Shown here: positions 31,020 through 42,355 of the stretch, piece after piece
Layout: each line of letters opens with the position of its first letter
Numbering within the stretch: the first letter of the stretch is position 1
Assembly: GCF_006345805.1 (NCBI RefSeq)
Contig: NW_021832231.1
Coordinates: 372,001-436,000 of the forward strand
Length of the DNA: 64,000 nt
Source of the DNA: Octopus sinensis
Lineage: Eukaryota
Reading direction: 5' to 3'
Made by a program: the position numbers and the translations under genes
Notes under the pieces: model-generated
Seen by the model: the letters and a program-made list of their open reading frames with translations, nothing else
What the model was told of the DNA's origin: nothing
Database searches by the model: none

Positions 31020-32170
31020 AGAGCTCCAGATGGGATGACGTGATATTTTTCAAGATATCTGCGGAGTGTTTCGACTTTATCTGCGACGCCAGCTGGACAT
31101 GTCAGTTATCTGGCGGAACAAATTTTACGAAATCAAGATACACTTTAGACCAGTGATTCTCAAGTGCGGCCCCTAGGATTTAATTAAGGGGCTTAGGTTT
31201 CTATAAATATTTTATTTTTTGTCACGTTTTTTTATTTTTTGTTGTGATGTCGAATTCTAAGCGTTTTCGAAAAATTTCCAAGGAATTTAGGATTTTTAAA
31301 CTCATCTGGGAAGAAAAATATTTCATTATTGAGGTCAATGGAAAGGCTTTTTGCCTAATATGCAATTCTATTATTGTAACTTTAAAAACGTATACGATCG
31401 AACGGCACTATCCTTCCCACTCTATTCTTTATGACAAATTCACTCTCAGACGAAAAAACTAAAACAAATAAAAGAAGATTATTTAAAGCGATCATTCACT
31501 TTCAAAAGTGGCACATATTCGTCTAATATTAACCTGGCATCATACAAAATTAGTTACCCAATGGCTAAAAATATGAAGCCTTATTCTGATGATGAATTAT
31601 ATAAAACGGCAATCGAAATATTTGCATCGGAATGTTGTTCGCCCGCTGTTTTCGATATTGCACACAAATTACCTCTAAGTAACGATACCAAAATTAGGAA
31701 ATAATACCGCAATGAACTAACGGATATCCATCTAAGTCAGATGTTGCGGATTTCGACATCTAATATCGTACCAGATTTTGAAAATATGACAAAATAGTTT
31801 ATAAATTCTTTCATTCATTGATATAACAAATGTGCGGCGATAGGACGCAGCTCTAAATTGCATGTACACAGTAAAACAAAAATCATATGTATTTTCTTCA
31901 GTTCAGCCTGAAATAACAAATATCTTATCTTCATTAAGTTGACAAAAAAATTTGCGGCCCCTATAAATAAAAAATTTTATTTTTGCGGCCCCTGGCTCAA
32001 AATTCTTGAGAACCACTGCTTTAGACAAAAGGAGGTATATTTTTCAATAAGAGTTTTCATTATAACAGTCGAGACTTTTCCAATACAGGGGCCTGCTCTG
32101 ACACATCAGATCACTTTTGGAAAGGGTACCCGCGACCTATCTGGCCCACCGAGCCTCTCTGGCTTTAGTC
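31020..32170 (+). mobile_element. Old CRE-like relic split by the hAT insertion (31020-31150 and 32019-32170)
   Basis: PDGMT on the left of the hAT; ITVETFPIQGP on the right. Confidence 0.45.
31151..32018 (+). mobile_element. Non-autonomous hAT (Buster/Charlie, GTF2IRD2-like) element, 868 bp
   Basis: TIRs CAGTGATTCTCAAG / CTTGAGAACCACTG and a perfect 8-bp TSD CTTTAGAC (31143-31150, 32019-32026) with central TA. Transposase N-terminal (WEEKYF..CLIC..RHY) and C-terminal (RNELTD..LRIS) remnants. Confidence 0.92.
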
Positions 32171-32439
32171 AAAGGTAATGTCCTACCTATTCATTCTCTT
32201 TTCTTGTGTAACTACTTATTTTTCTAATAAATACGCCAAGTTTAACTCTGTCGCGGCCGCTTGATGCAGGTCGAAATAAAATTCGAGCTGGAGAAGAAAT
32301 TTTACAAATCTCGTCCAAAATCGTCTTTTGTATCTTCCCCGGCAAGATTGCCAGATTTGGACAGAACAGAAACTTGATTAATAATATATTTCAAGTCTAA
32401 TATAGAAAAAACAATGTGCATTCCATTACCAACTTAATT

Positions 32440-33170
32440 ATATTAGGCTCGATATTTGATAATGATATTCTCAGATCACCTCTATTTACAACATCAAGTC
32501 TATTCTTTGCTTGCAATGAATAATATCGATAATTTTTCCTTTCAATTGGATATTAAGTTTGTTTGACGTTTCGAATATATTAGTCAAATAAAATATTTCC
32601 ACTTTTGCACTAATAAGTTTTTTAGTGAAACTTTTATCGTTCATAAACAAAATTATTGAGTCCCAAAGAGAAACTAAACGATTCAGACAATTTCCTTTCG
32701 AAGCCATCTTACAGTTGTGTGTGGAACTAATGTTATAAAATCTTGATCATTTTCTTTACATAATAATCTAAAAAAGCGATCTTAAAGTAAATGAGATTTT
32801 ATATAATTTACAACATCAATAACCACGAAAAGAGAAATAAAAAGACGATCTCACAAATTTTTGGTAATTAAATGTTCTCAATAAATGGCACAGATGATAC
32901 GCAAGATTTTAAATATGCCAAACATACTCTGTATTTGCCAACCATAGAAGCTCCGCCGTCAGTGGCACATGCGATTATGTTTGCAAAAGAAATGTTATTC
33001 TGACAAAAGTATGCTTCAATTTCATTATGCAGTGACACCTCTTTCAAATCACTTGAAAATCTTTCTTGCAAAAAGCATTTCTTCAATAATTTCTCTACCA
33101 TTCCAAAACCTTGCATATGCCATATTAAAAGAATCTAGTTTAAATTCTGTTTTTGTCGAGTATCAATGAA
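32440..33170 (-). pseudogene. hAT Buster (ZBED5/SCAND3-like) transposase remnant
   Basis: ACATDGGASMVGK, SKGNCLNRL and YLTNIFE..N.LN..LKG. Confidence 0.8.
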
Positions 33171-33190
33171 CATTGGAAGTAGTTTTTGTC

Positions 33191-33415
33191 TTCGAAACTT
33201 GTCTAAACCGGCCCCGGAATACACCAGATCTCTCCTTATACCGGCCTTCTTCTTTGGGTCCCATTTTTTACAATCATTCTTAATAAAAATTTAACCTATA
33301 TAGAATCCTACTTCAAGTTCTTTTAATGAAATGACTTATAAACCTCAATAAACTGAACTTCTCTATAAACGATTTCCATAGTCTCGTTAGGGTCCCGTTT
33401 GGACAAGTTCGACTG
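33191..33415. mobile_element. Tc1/mariner-pogo type MITE relic
   Basis: Right end GTTTGGACAAGTTCGACTG|TA and degenerate left end TCGAAACTTGTCTAAAC. A similar end occurs near 23205. Confidence 0.5.
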
Positions 33416-33508
33416 TATATTAAACTTTACATTTTAACACTAAACCAAAAGAGATAATAAAAAAATTAAATCAAAGAAAACAAAGGAAAGAAGAACAAAA
33501 ACTAGTAA

Positions 33509-35874
33509 TTATCCCTTAATGGAATTTTCAGTTGGGGGAGGTGGCTGACCCTGATGAGCCAGATCGTTGATATAATCATCAACCATTTTCTTGCGCTCGA
33601 GTTCATAGCAGTCCAACTCAATATACCGAATGTCATTCTACAAAATAAAATCAAAGACTACTCGTAAAATATGCTCAATATTAGCAATGTCCTCCTCTCC
33701 ATCGTCAATCAACTGCCGAGTCCTATAAGTAATCATCTTGGTCTCCTTCAATAGCTGTCTCAGGTCAGACTTGGCCTTTGCAGTCTTCTCCTTCATGAAA
33801 GTATCAAACGCTTTCTCCCTCTTCTAACAGTAATAACAAACACTCACTCTGTCACTCGACGAGAACTTGGAATACCTCCCATCTTCCCGAATGAATTTCT
33901 TGGCTTCTTTCCACGTGGTCGATAGTTTGATCTACGTGGCAAACACAACCAACCTCGGAAGTCTCAGCCAACAATGTGTAAAATAGTGCCTTATTCTTTT
34001 TAGATAGAACACGCTGATGTTCAGAGTACACGCTCTCGATCTGTCCTTTGTCCAAATGAGACACTTCACTCCATCGGGGGTCGTTTTCCATCACCTTCAC
34101 TGCCTCCCCATATTCCATTTTGGGACTCTTAATCTGCCAATCACCCACCATATATAACCATGTCAGTCAACAACAACATCAATGTCTCCTTTTCTTGTTG
34201 TATTTGATGAGCTATTCGAGCCCTTTCGATTTCCTTTGCAGATGTGTTCATACTCTCCTCCACCTCAGCTTGACGAGCACGCAAACTCTGTTCTTGCTTA
34301 TTTCTCTTCTCCTCATCTTCGACCACGGGAGACAACTGTCGTGTTACCCCCGTCGACATACCTGTGGGGACTTTGCCAGGGATTGGACGTAGTCATCAAA
34401 TAGATCACCTCGCCGATCACTGGAAATTGCCTTATATCGAGGGTCGTTTTCAATTCTACGTTTGACGTCTCGCCATCTGTCACCAACTGTGACATCATTC
34501 TCCTTCAGTAGCTCTGTGAAGTCTCGTGATTTCCCTCCCTGCCATCTACCACTCCCAACTACCTTTTCAGTTGCCCTCTTTTTCTTAAAATCGTCGACAT
34601 GCTCGTAGAACAATGATTCTCGATCACGTGTCCTCTCAATTGCCTGGAAACGGGGATCCTTCGACTGCTTTCCAGCAAATTCCGAATAAGTAGACCTACC
34701 AATAAAGAAATATCCACACCGGTGATTCAAGTTACTCTCTTTTAATAAATCACGGAAATCCTGCCTCCGCTTTTTATGTTGCCGAGTACGTTCAGTCCGT
34801 TCTTCTTCTACTTTCTCCTTTATGTACTGATCGAACACCTGCCGACGTTCCTTGCTCAACAAAAGTGTATATCTCTTATCAAACACAATCTTCTGCAATT
34901 CTTTATCAAACGTGGATGTAGGACACACCTACACTCCTCACATACACCAATACATTCTTCTCAGCCAACAGTTCACGAAACTGCTCCACTCGCTCGGCAT
35001 ATGGCAGTGTTGACCGGGCTTGGGTAACCTTCTTGTCCTCACTGTCCACTCGCTTGCTCCCAACATCCTCCTCATATGCCTCACCTGCCCTTTTCCCGTC
35101 CTCATGTACTACAAATATATATATATACATACACTCAATCGGTACTACATCTCCTTCTACTGTCGGCTTACTTTTCATGAGGTTTTCCACATCTTTCCTT
35201 CCGCGGAGTTCTTCTGGGCAATTCCAAACAGACCTCTTCTCGACTACATTGAAAAAGAACATTCGGTCATCCCCCGTCCACACAATCGACCAGTCAGTCC
35301 CCTCCAACAACGTCTTGCTCACTGGCTTTGTCTTGTCCACCACCTACCATGTTTAAACTCACATACTCGACTATTATCCGAAGCTATCTAAATCAAATAT
35401 ACAGAAATATACGATATTTGTGAATCGGCCCTGGCTTTTCCCACACAGTCTCTGCTGTCACTTTATTGTAGTAATACGGAGTCCCTTCTGGGGAATAATA
35501 AGTCAGCCAGGTCGGATTTTCAGTAAGAGGCTAAATATTGGTGATAAATCCGAACTATTCCTTGAGTCACTGCTGGTGTGGTGGGGGCGATATATTGTTG
35601 TATTACAGGGAACTGTTGGGCTGGCTGAATGTGTTGGTAGGCGGTTTCGTACGTCATTGGGACTACAGTGCCATATTGTGGGTACACCTGATGGGTACAC
35701 AATCTATTACTTGTGGGTAGACTTGGGGGTTTTGAACTGGCACTTGTGAGTAAGGAATGAAGCGAGTTACTGTTGGAGGTGTATTTGGAGGAGCAATTTT
35801 AGGTTGACTATATGAATAATTAATTTATTATACTTCTGAACAGAGTTTGAATAGTTGTTTGATTCTACTTGCAT
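33509..35874 (-). CDS. TCERG1: Transcription elongation regulator 1 (CA150; WW and FF domains)
   Basis: WW domains (WLTYYSPEGTPYYYNKVTAETVWEKP; DWSIVWTGDDRMFFFN..SVWNCP), FF repeats (STFDKELQKIVFDKRY, DPRFQAIE, STTWKEAKKFIREDGRY) and C-terminal GQPPPPT. About 12 micro-introns. Confidence 0.93.
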
Positions 35875-36059
35875 TGATTCTGTATATGATTCAGAATTGC
35901 TAACAGAATTTTGCGCCACAACAAAGTTTGAGCTCATTTATACTCGTTATTATTATTAATATTATAAAATAAATATATTTCATAATATTTAAACGATTAT
36001 AATTGTTTTTAGCTATACTCTTTAATATTTCATAGATAATTTTGGCAATGATCACTGAT

Positions 36060-36265
36060 GTGCAGCAGTCGAACAAGATGGAGCATGCTGCTTTGAAATC
36101 TTGTCGCATGCTGCTTTGAAATCAAAAGGACTACCACCTGTTTGAGTCTATACGGTAGTCGCGCTTATGCCTGGCTTTGCCTAACTTGAACGTCTCAGCA
36201 AAACCAGACACAAATTAGTTAACTGCACACAAGCAGCAACCAGTTAAACGACTACATCGTCTCAG
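36060..36265 (-). other. Probable ITS1 remnant downstream of the 18S fragment
   Basis: Lies directly 3' of the 18S end on the minus strand; no 5.8S recognisable. An 18-bp direct duplication GCATGCTGCTTTGAAATC lies at about 36083-36123. Confidence 0.45.
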
Positions 36266-36390
36266 TAGTGATCCTTCTGTAGGTTCACCTACAGAAACCT
36301 TGTTACGACTTTTACTTCCTTTAAATGAGTAGGCTCGGGTGTCTACTCGCATGCTATAGCACACGATCCAACAACCTCGCCAAATCATTC

Positions 36391-36434
<44 letters not shown>

Positions 36435-36862
36435 ATCATTGCAGGCTAATGACCTGCGATTACTAGGAATTCCTTGTGCACGAGGAATAATTACAAGCCT
36501 CGATTCCTGCCACGAAGAAATTTTAAGGCTTAGTTCGCTTTTCCAAGCAAAACCCCCTCTGCTTTCTTCATTGTAGCACGCGTGCGGCCCCGAACGTCTA
36601 AGGGCAATCACAGACCTGTTATTGCTCATTTTCAAGTGTTTTTCACACTGATCCTTCTTAGTAGTCGAACAACTAGAATCGAACGACTAGTAAGTAAGTC
36701 TGAGTCTCGTTCGTTATCGGAATAAACCAGACAAATCACTCCACCAACCAACAACGGCCATGCACCACTATCCACAGTATCAAGAAAAAGCTATCAGTCT
36801 GTCAATCCTCACTGTGTTCGGCCCGGGTGAGTTTTTCTGCGTTGAGTCAAATTGAGCCGCAA

Positions 36863-36914
<52 letters not shown>

Positions 36915-37096
36915 AACCATACTCCCCCCGGAGCCCAAAGACTTTGGTTTCCCGGAAGCCACCCGCTAATGTATCCAAATATTATCAGCGGAGTGCTAGT
37001 TGGCATCGTTTATAGTTGGAACTACGACGAGATCTAATCGACTTCGATACTCCAACTGTCGTTCTTGATTAATGAAAACATTCTTGGCAAATGCTT
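36266..37096 (-). rRNA. 3' half of 18S rRNA gene (orphan, 5'-truncated, probably a pseudogene)
   Basis: Universal SSU blocks in reverse complement: GCATTTGCCAAG, AAACTTAAAGGAATTGACGG, GTACACACCGCCCGTC and GTCGTAACAAGGTTTCTGTAGGTGAACCTACAGAAGGATC. Variable regions are short. Confidence 0.97.
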
Positions 37097-37099
37097 ATA

Positions 37100-38770
37100 T
37101 CAATGAGAACCCACCTAACTCACTGGACCAGATTTGGACAAGTGTGCTATCAAATATTGAGCATGAAAAATTCTGAAAAGTCTGATTGGAGTATTAATAT
37201 GGAGGGATAAATTGAGCAGTGGAAAGCAGGGCTGGGCTATATCGAAAAGTTTTTTGCAAAATCACTCACGACTGAAGAAAAGCCGCCTGCATTATCCCTC
37301 GTTGGATATAAAAGAAAAACTCTGGAGAAAGAGCAAGAATAATCTCCTTATTAAATGAAATGAAAGAATTATGGTAATTAAAAAGAAATTATCTACGCAC
37401 GAGACAAGGAAAGGGTTCCGACTAGATAATCACAAATTTATCCTCAATCAGAAAGCTTTTTACAGAGAATTGAAGGGGGCAACTCTGAAAACCTTATGGA
37501 ACATATTTGGAGAATATGTGACGGAAAAAACAGCTTATTGGTCAGACTGTGGAGATTGAGAAGAGAATGACTAGAGTAGAAGGCGTAATAGTCAAAGTCT
37601 CGAAGTTTTTATTTCAGGAGATCGTTAAATATTTGCCAAATTGGAATGCCCCAGGCTGCGATGGTGTGTATAATTTTTTCCTGTAAAAGTTCACATCACT
37701 TCATGAGTCAATCTTCGAACAGATGCTTAATGTCATAAATGGAGAAACCACTCCTGGAGATTGATTTTACACAGGGGTGACATATTCCGAAGTGTGAAAA
37801 TCCCGTGTCCCCAAAAGAGTTACGGTCTATAACATGTATGTTGGCTCTGATGACTAAATGTGTAAATACCAAGCTTGGCGATTTTGTGGAAGGTTCCGGC
37901 CTTCTCTCTGAATATCAACTGGGAACAAGGAAGCTGTGCCAGGGAAAAAAGAACAAGCATTAGTGAACAAAGAGTTGAACAAAGCGAATGGATACAAACT
38001 CCATGCTGCATGGATCGATGTCAAAAAAGCATTTGATTTAGTAGATCACGATTTTCTAATACAGATTTTTGAAAAGTCTGGTCTACCTGGATGGATTGTC
38101 AAGTTTGTTGAGTCGATGGTTACCAGATGGAGAGTAAAACTAAGGCTAAATGGCAAGTACATTCGACATGAGAAGCTTCTCGATTCTTCAGGCCGAAATG
38201 CTGGAAAAAACTCATCTGGCCACTATTGAAGAATACTTTAAGCATAAATTTTTACTTGAAGAATCAGTTATACTTGACAAAAAACTGCTGTTTAGTGCCC
38301 AGAACAAGTACCTTCTGGATCAGATTTTTTCAAAATGTCTTCATTCCATCCTATACAAAAATGCTACGGAGGATTTTGTGAATGTCAAAAACTCTAGTCA
38401 CTGGCTAGCCAAAGCCAATAACTCCCCACGGTCTGAAGGCTTATTCTGTCTCATGCAAGATAGAAATTTATTCTTTGCAGAACATAACTCAATGTGTTCT
38501 CACTGCATGAGATGGAAGAATACCGTCGATCACTGTGCCACTAGATGTGAGAAGATGTTACATGGGGATTATGTCAGGATGAAGTAGTAAGATGCATCCA
38601 CTTTCATGTTTGTCAAGAGTTTGGACTCGAGAATGATAAAAAAACTCAATACAAACTCGGTAGAATCTGTATCGTCGAATGAGAAGGTTGAAATCAGAGT
38701 GAACACATTTATAAACACTAGCATTGTCGTAGAACATAACAAGCCCGATTTGTTTGTTTTCGACAAGATT
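37100..38770 (+). mobile_element. R4/Dong-like non-LTR retrotransposon, decayed and internally deleted
   Basis: NQKAFYREL, LPNWNAPGCDGV, QLGTRK..KEQAL, AWIDVKKAFDLVDH, C..C..TVDH..TRC and HNKPDL. Frameshifts are present and the YxDD region is deleted. Confidence 0.85.
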
Positions 38771-38779
38771 TCAAATCAG

Positions 38780-39185
38780 ATTTCAAACAGGCAGGTCTAC
38801 TGCTGATATTGTTTGGGGCCACAGACGGTGTTGCGCCCTAAGCCAAAAATACAAAAAATCTATCGCAATACTTAGCATTGATATGTCTCCACCGTTTGAT
38901 TTTATACACCGGGGAAAACTCATCGAAGTTCTAAAGAGTTTTTTCAATTCCGATAAAACGGAATTTACAACGCTTACACGTACTAATCGAAGATTCGAAG
39001 AATCACGGAGAAGGCAAAAGAAGCTAGGCTCCTATCTAGGAGACTTTGAAGACGTTACTCGTAGGAAGATTCTTGCTATGTGTGCATTAAAAAATATCGG
39101 CTATATGGAATCATAAAAAATAGGATTAAACACCAGGCTCAGGATATATAAGGCTTTTGTCATCCCGGTTCTTACTTAATATCAA
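38780..39185 (+). mobile_element. RTE-like non-LTR RT fragment (left part)
   Basis: GRSTADIVWGHR, SIDMSPPFD.IHR, KKLGSYLG and TRLRIYKAFVIPVLT. Confidence 0.7.
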
Positions 39186-39445
39186 GGGCAACATTTTTAT
39201 TGAGTTGAAAAACTAACAATTTAATTGACCGTAAAATTTTTTGTTTAGAATCAAAAGTTCCACTATGCACAATGTAGCCTGACGTTCAATCAATAAAGAA
39301 TAATCCGAAGGTGAAATGAAATGATCATCAAAATTCATTATTTTTGTGTTATCATTAAAATTCATCTTTTTTAGTATAATTTTTTATTCTACATATATTT
39401 TCTGTAAAATCCAATTTTTTCAAATAACGGTATGCTTTATTTATA

Positions 39446-40769
39446 CAGTCCGACCTCGATTTGAAACAGACCTCGGGGCTGGAACACCTCAGTTTTTGGA
39501 ACAACCTCAGTTTTTGGAACACTTTGTAGGATCTCTGCCTAGAATAAATAATACCTTTTAAATGAAAACCTCGATTTGGAACAAAATTTATTATTATTAT
39601 TTATTTCTAGTCATTAAAAAAATTAATTAATTTGGGCGAAAAAAACTCATGTAATCGTGATGGAATTCAATCATTTTTAAAAATTTTCCATGGAAAAATT
39701 GATCAATTTGGAAAAAATAATATCTTTAACATTGATGAAACTTGTCTTTTTATAAAAAAGACCCCAAAAAAATCATTCGTACAACAAAATAAAAAAGCGT
39801 CAGGGTCTAAAATAAATAAGGAAAAAATTTCTTTGCTCTTTTGCTGCAGTTATTCAGGCCAAAAATTTGATCCTTTAATAATCGGGAAATTTAAAAATCC
39901 CAGATGTTTCAGAAATTTTAACCCTGAGGATTGTGGTGCTATGTACTCATCTTCCAAAAATGCCTGGATGACAAGAAATATTTTTATTCAATGGTTATTC
40001 TTAGTGAATGAACCAATGAAAATGGAAAAGAGAAAAAATTTAATAATTCTTGATAACGCTTCGTGTCATTAAAATAAATCTCTCTCAAATATCGAATTGC
40101 TGTTTTTATCCAAAAATACAACTCCAATTCTTCAACCATTGGATAATGAGATAATCAAAGCTTTTAAAGATAATTATTTGAAGGCGTTAATTGAATTTAT
40201 TTGTTGTATAGATGAAGAAGATTTTTACTGCGACTTACTTAAAAAAATTAATTTACGCCAATCATTGATAATAGTATCGAAATCGTGGCAAAATGTATCC
40301 TCCGAAATAATTACAAATTGTTGGGATAATACTTTCGGCAATGAAATATTTGTTGTTTCTGATAATCTGACGGATGATGTTATAGAACAAGTTGTAGAAG
40401 AAGTGTTGGAAAATACGGAAAGCAGCGATAATGAAGAAATTTTTTACAGTGGTATGCAAAATAAACAGACTACGGTCAAAGAAGTAGTAACAAAAGTGAA
40501 TGAATTGGAAGAATCAGTTCTAGACATAGCTCCAATTTTGTTAAATGATTTTTACTGTTTCAGACAAAATTTGTTCAGTAGTTTGAAGAAAAATTATGGT
40601 TATGGAAAAAGAATCGATGACTATTTTTCTATAAATAATAATATTTAAGACTTTTTTGCATTAATTAAATTATTAAATTTATATTGATATTAATTTTTTG
40701 ACAAAACCTCAGTTTTTGGAAAAACCTCAGTTTTTGGAACATTTAGTGTTCCAATTCAAGGTCAGACTG
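39446..40769 (+). mobile_element. pogo/Tigger element with DDE domain (ORFs 39632-40072 and 40097-40648 in one frame, a single stop between them), HTH missing
   Basis: TA TSDs, imperfect TIRs CAGTCCGACCTCGATTTGAAACA / TGTTCCAATTCAAGGTCAGACTG, subterminal ACCTCAGTTTTTGGAA repeats; NIDET, AWMT, ILDNASCH and TTPILQPLD. Confidence 0.9.
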
Positions 40770-40771
40770 TA

Positions 40772-41600
40772 GTAAAATTGGTCGATTCTATATCATCACG
40801 CGAATGTAATAAAAGTGATAATTTGAGAGTACTTCTCACAGAAGCCATATATGGAGAAGAATCGGTAATAAGGAGAGAAAAATTGTTTCTTTCAACATTA
40901 TTTTTCCAAACAGTTTCATCAATAATTTGATTTTTGATAGAAAAATTCGGAGAAGAATCAATTTTTATACAATCTATTAGGTAAGATTTTTGCGGATTTG
41001 CAAACGTTTCAACTAAAAATTTAACAAATTTGTTTCTTCCAGTCCACAATCAAAAAACCTTAACAATTAAATTAATAAAATTAACTTTCTCATTTGAAAT
41101 TAAATTAATTATTTTCGATATCTTGACCTAATTCTACTATATTGCGGCAAGTAAACTCTAAAGGAAGTAAATGCCCAATATTTTCGAGTCGCAAATTTTT
41201 TAAAACAGTAATTTGGAGAAACAATATTCAATTGTTTTGTATTTGTGGTAATAATTGTTCGTGTAGAGTGGTTCTGCGTATTCCTGTGTTTGTTCACAAA
41301 CAATGTTTTTCTGCAAGTTACTGGTAACTCACATAATTTACAAAAAAGCATTCCATTCAATTTAATTGAAAATTCTTTGGAATATTTTTCACAAATATTT
41401 TTAGCTTTTTTAAAATCGGAAGGATTATTTTTAGGCATATGTACTCTATAATTTAGTTAAAGATTTGTTACAATAAAACAGAAATGATGCTCAAATTTAT
41501 TTTGATATTATTTCAATTTGTATTTAAAAATTGACCTAATTAAAAAAATTGACCTAAAAAATCAAAAATTGACCTAACAAACTTTTTATAGAAACTTTTT
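40772..41600 (-). mobile_element. hAT-type (CGGBP1-like BED finger) transposase remnant
   Basis: MPK..LFCKLCELPV..VNKHRNTQNH, LITDSSPYM and subterminal TTGACCTAA x3 (41530-41577). Confidence 0.65.
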
Positions 41601-42030
41601 TTGGAGTTATAAGGTATAACTCTGGCACATGGGAAATCTTTAAACAAGAAATGGACCGTCTTGATTTTTTTCACAGAACACAGCTAAAATCGTTAATCAA
41701 AATCAAATGGCCTCTGAAAACCTTTATAACGAATGAAAATCTGGTGTCCTGTCAGATGATATCTTCAGATCAAGATGGAGCCTTTTTTGCCATGTCCTAC
41801 GTTTAAACGACCTGGTTCCAGCAAAGATTGCAATTGATTATTTCTTCGCGCAAAGTCTGGATTCCGTGGAATATCAAGAACAACGCTTTCGACCATCTTA
41901 AATGGGGATCTGTCGATGGTTAGTCCGCGACTGACGTTGGCGGACGACCTGGACAACTTCAAAGATATTGCACGCAACAGAAAATCCTGGTCGAGACTAA
42001 CGGAGAGAATATTACGGAACACCGTACAAG
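41600..42030 (+). mobile_element. RTE-like non-LTR C-terminal fragment (right part of the 38780 element)
   Basis: YNSGTW, FHRTQLK..IKWP and HVLRL..PAK.A..YF; continues the motif order interrupted at about 39185. Confidence 0.65.
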
Positions 42031-42355
42031 AAAGACTTAAATAACTTTATGTTTTCTCGGAAGTGTTCTTAAGTCATTCGAAACTCGACAAAAACGTTTC
42101 AGGCAGTCTGTACCTAGTCAGCCTTTATTATAAAAAAGAAATAGATATTTAAGCAAATTTCATACGAAACGGAATAAAAATTCAGACAATTTCTTTTCAA
42201 AGTATTTCACCAAAATTATCAACTGAATAACATAATAAGCAAAGATGAAAATTTATTAACGAATAAGGAAAACAGAGTCAAATTAGTGTAACTTACTAAA
42301 AGACTTGATCTTTCCGACCTTCTTAGCACTAAGAAAAATGACAATAACAAGCCCA

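Noticed and set aside
16971-35749. Many antisense or overlapping ORFs over CCT3, TAF2 and TCERG1
   Set aside because: Shadow frames of GC-richer coding DNA with no recognisable motifs.
36354-37037. ORFs inside the rDNA fragment
   Set aside because: Spurious frames of 18S sequence.
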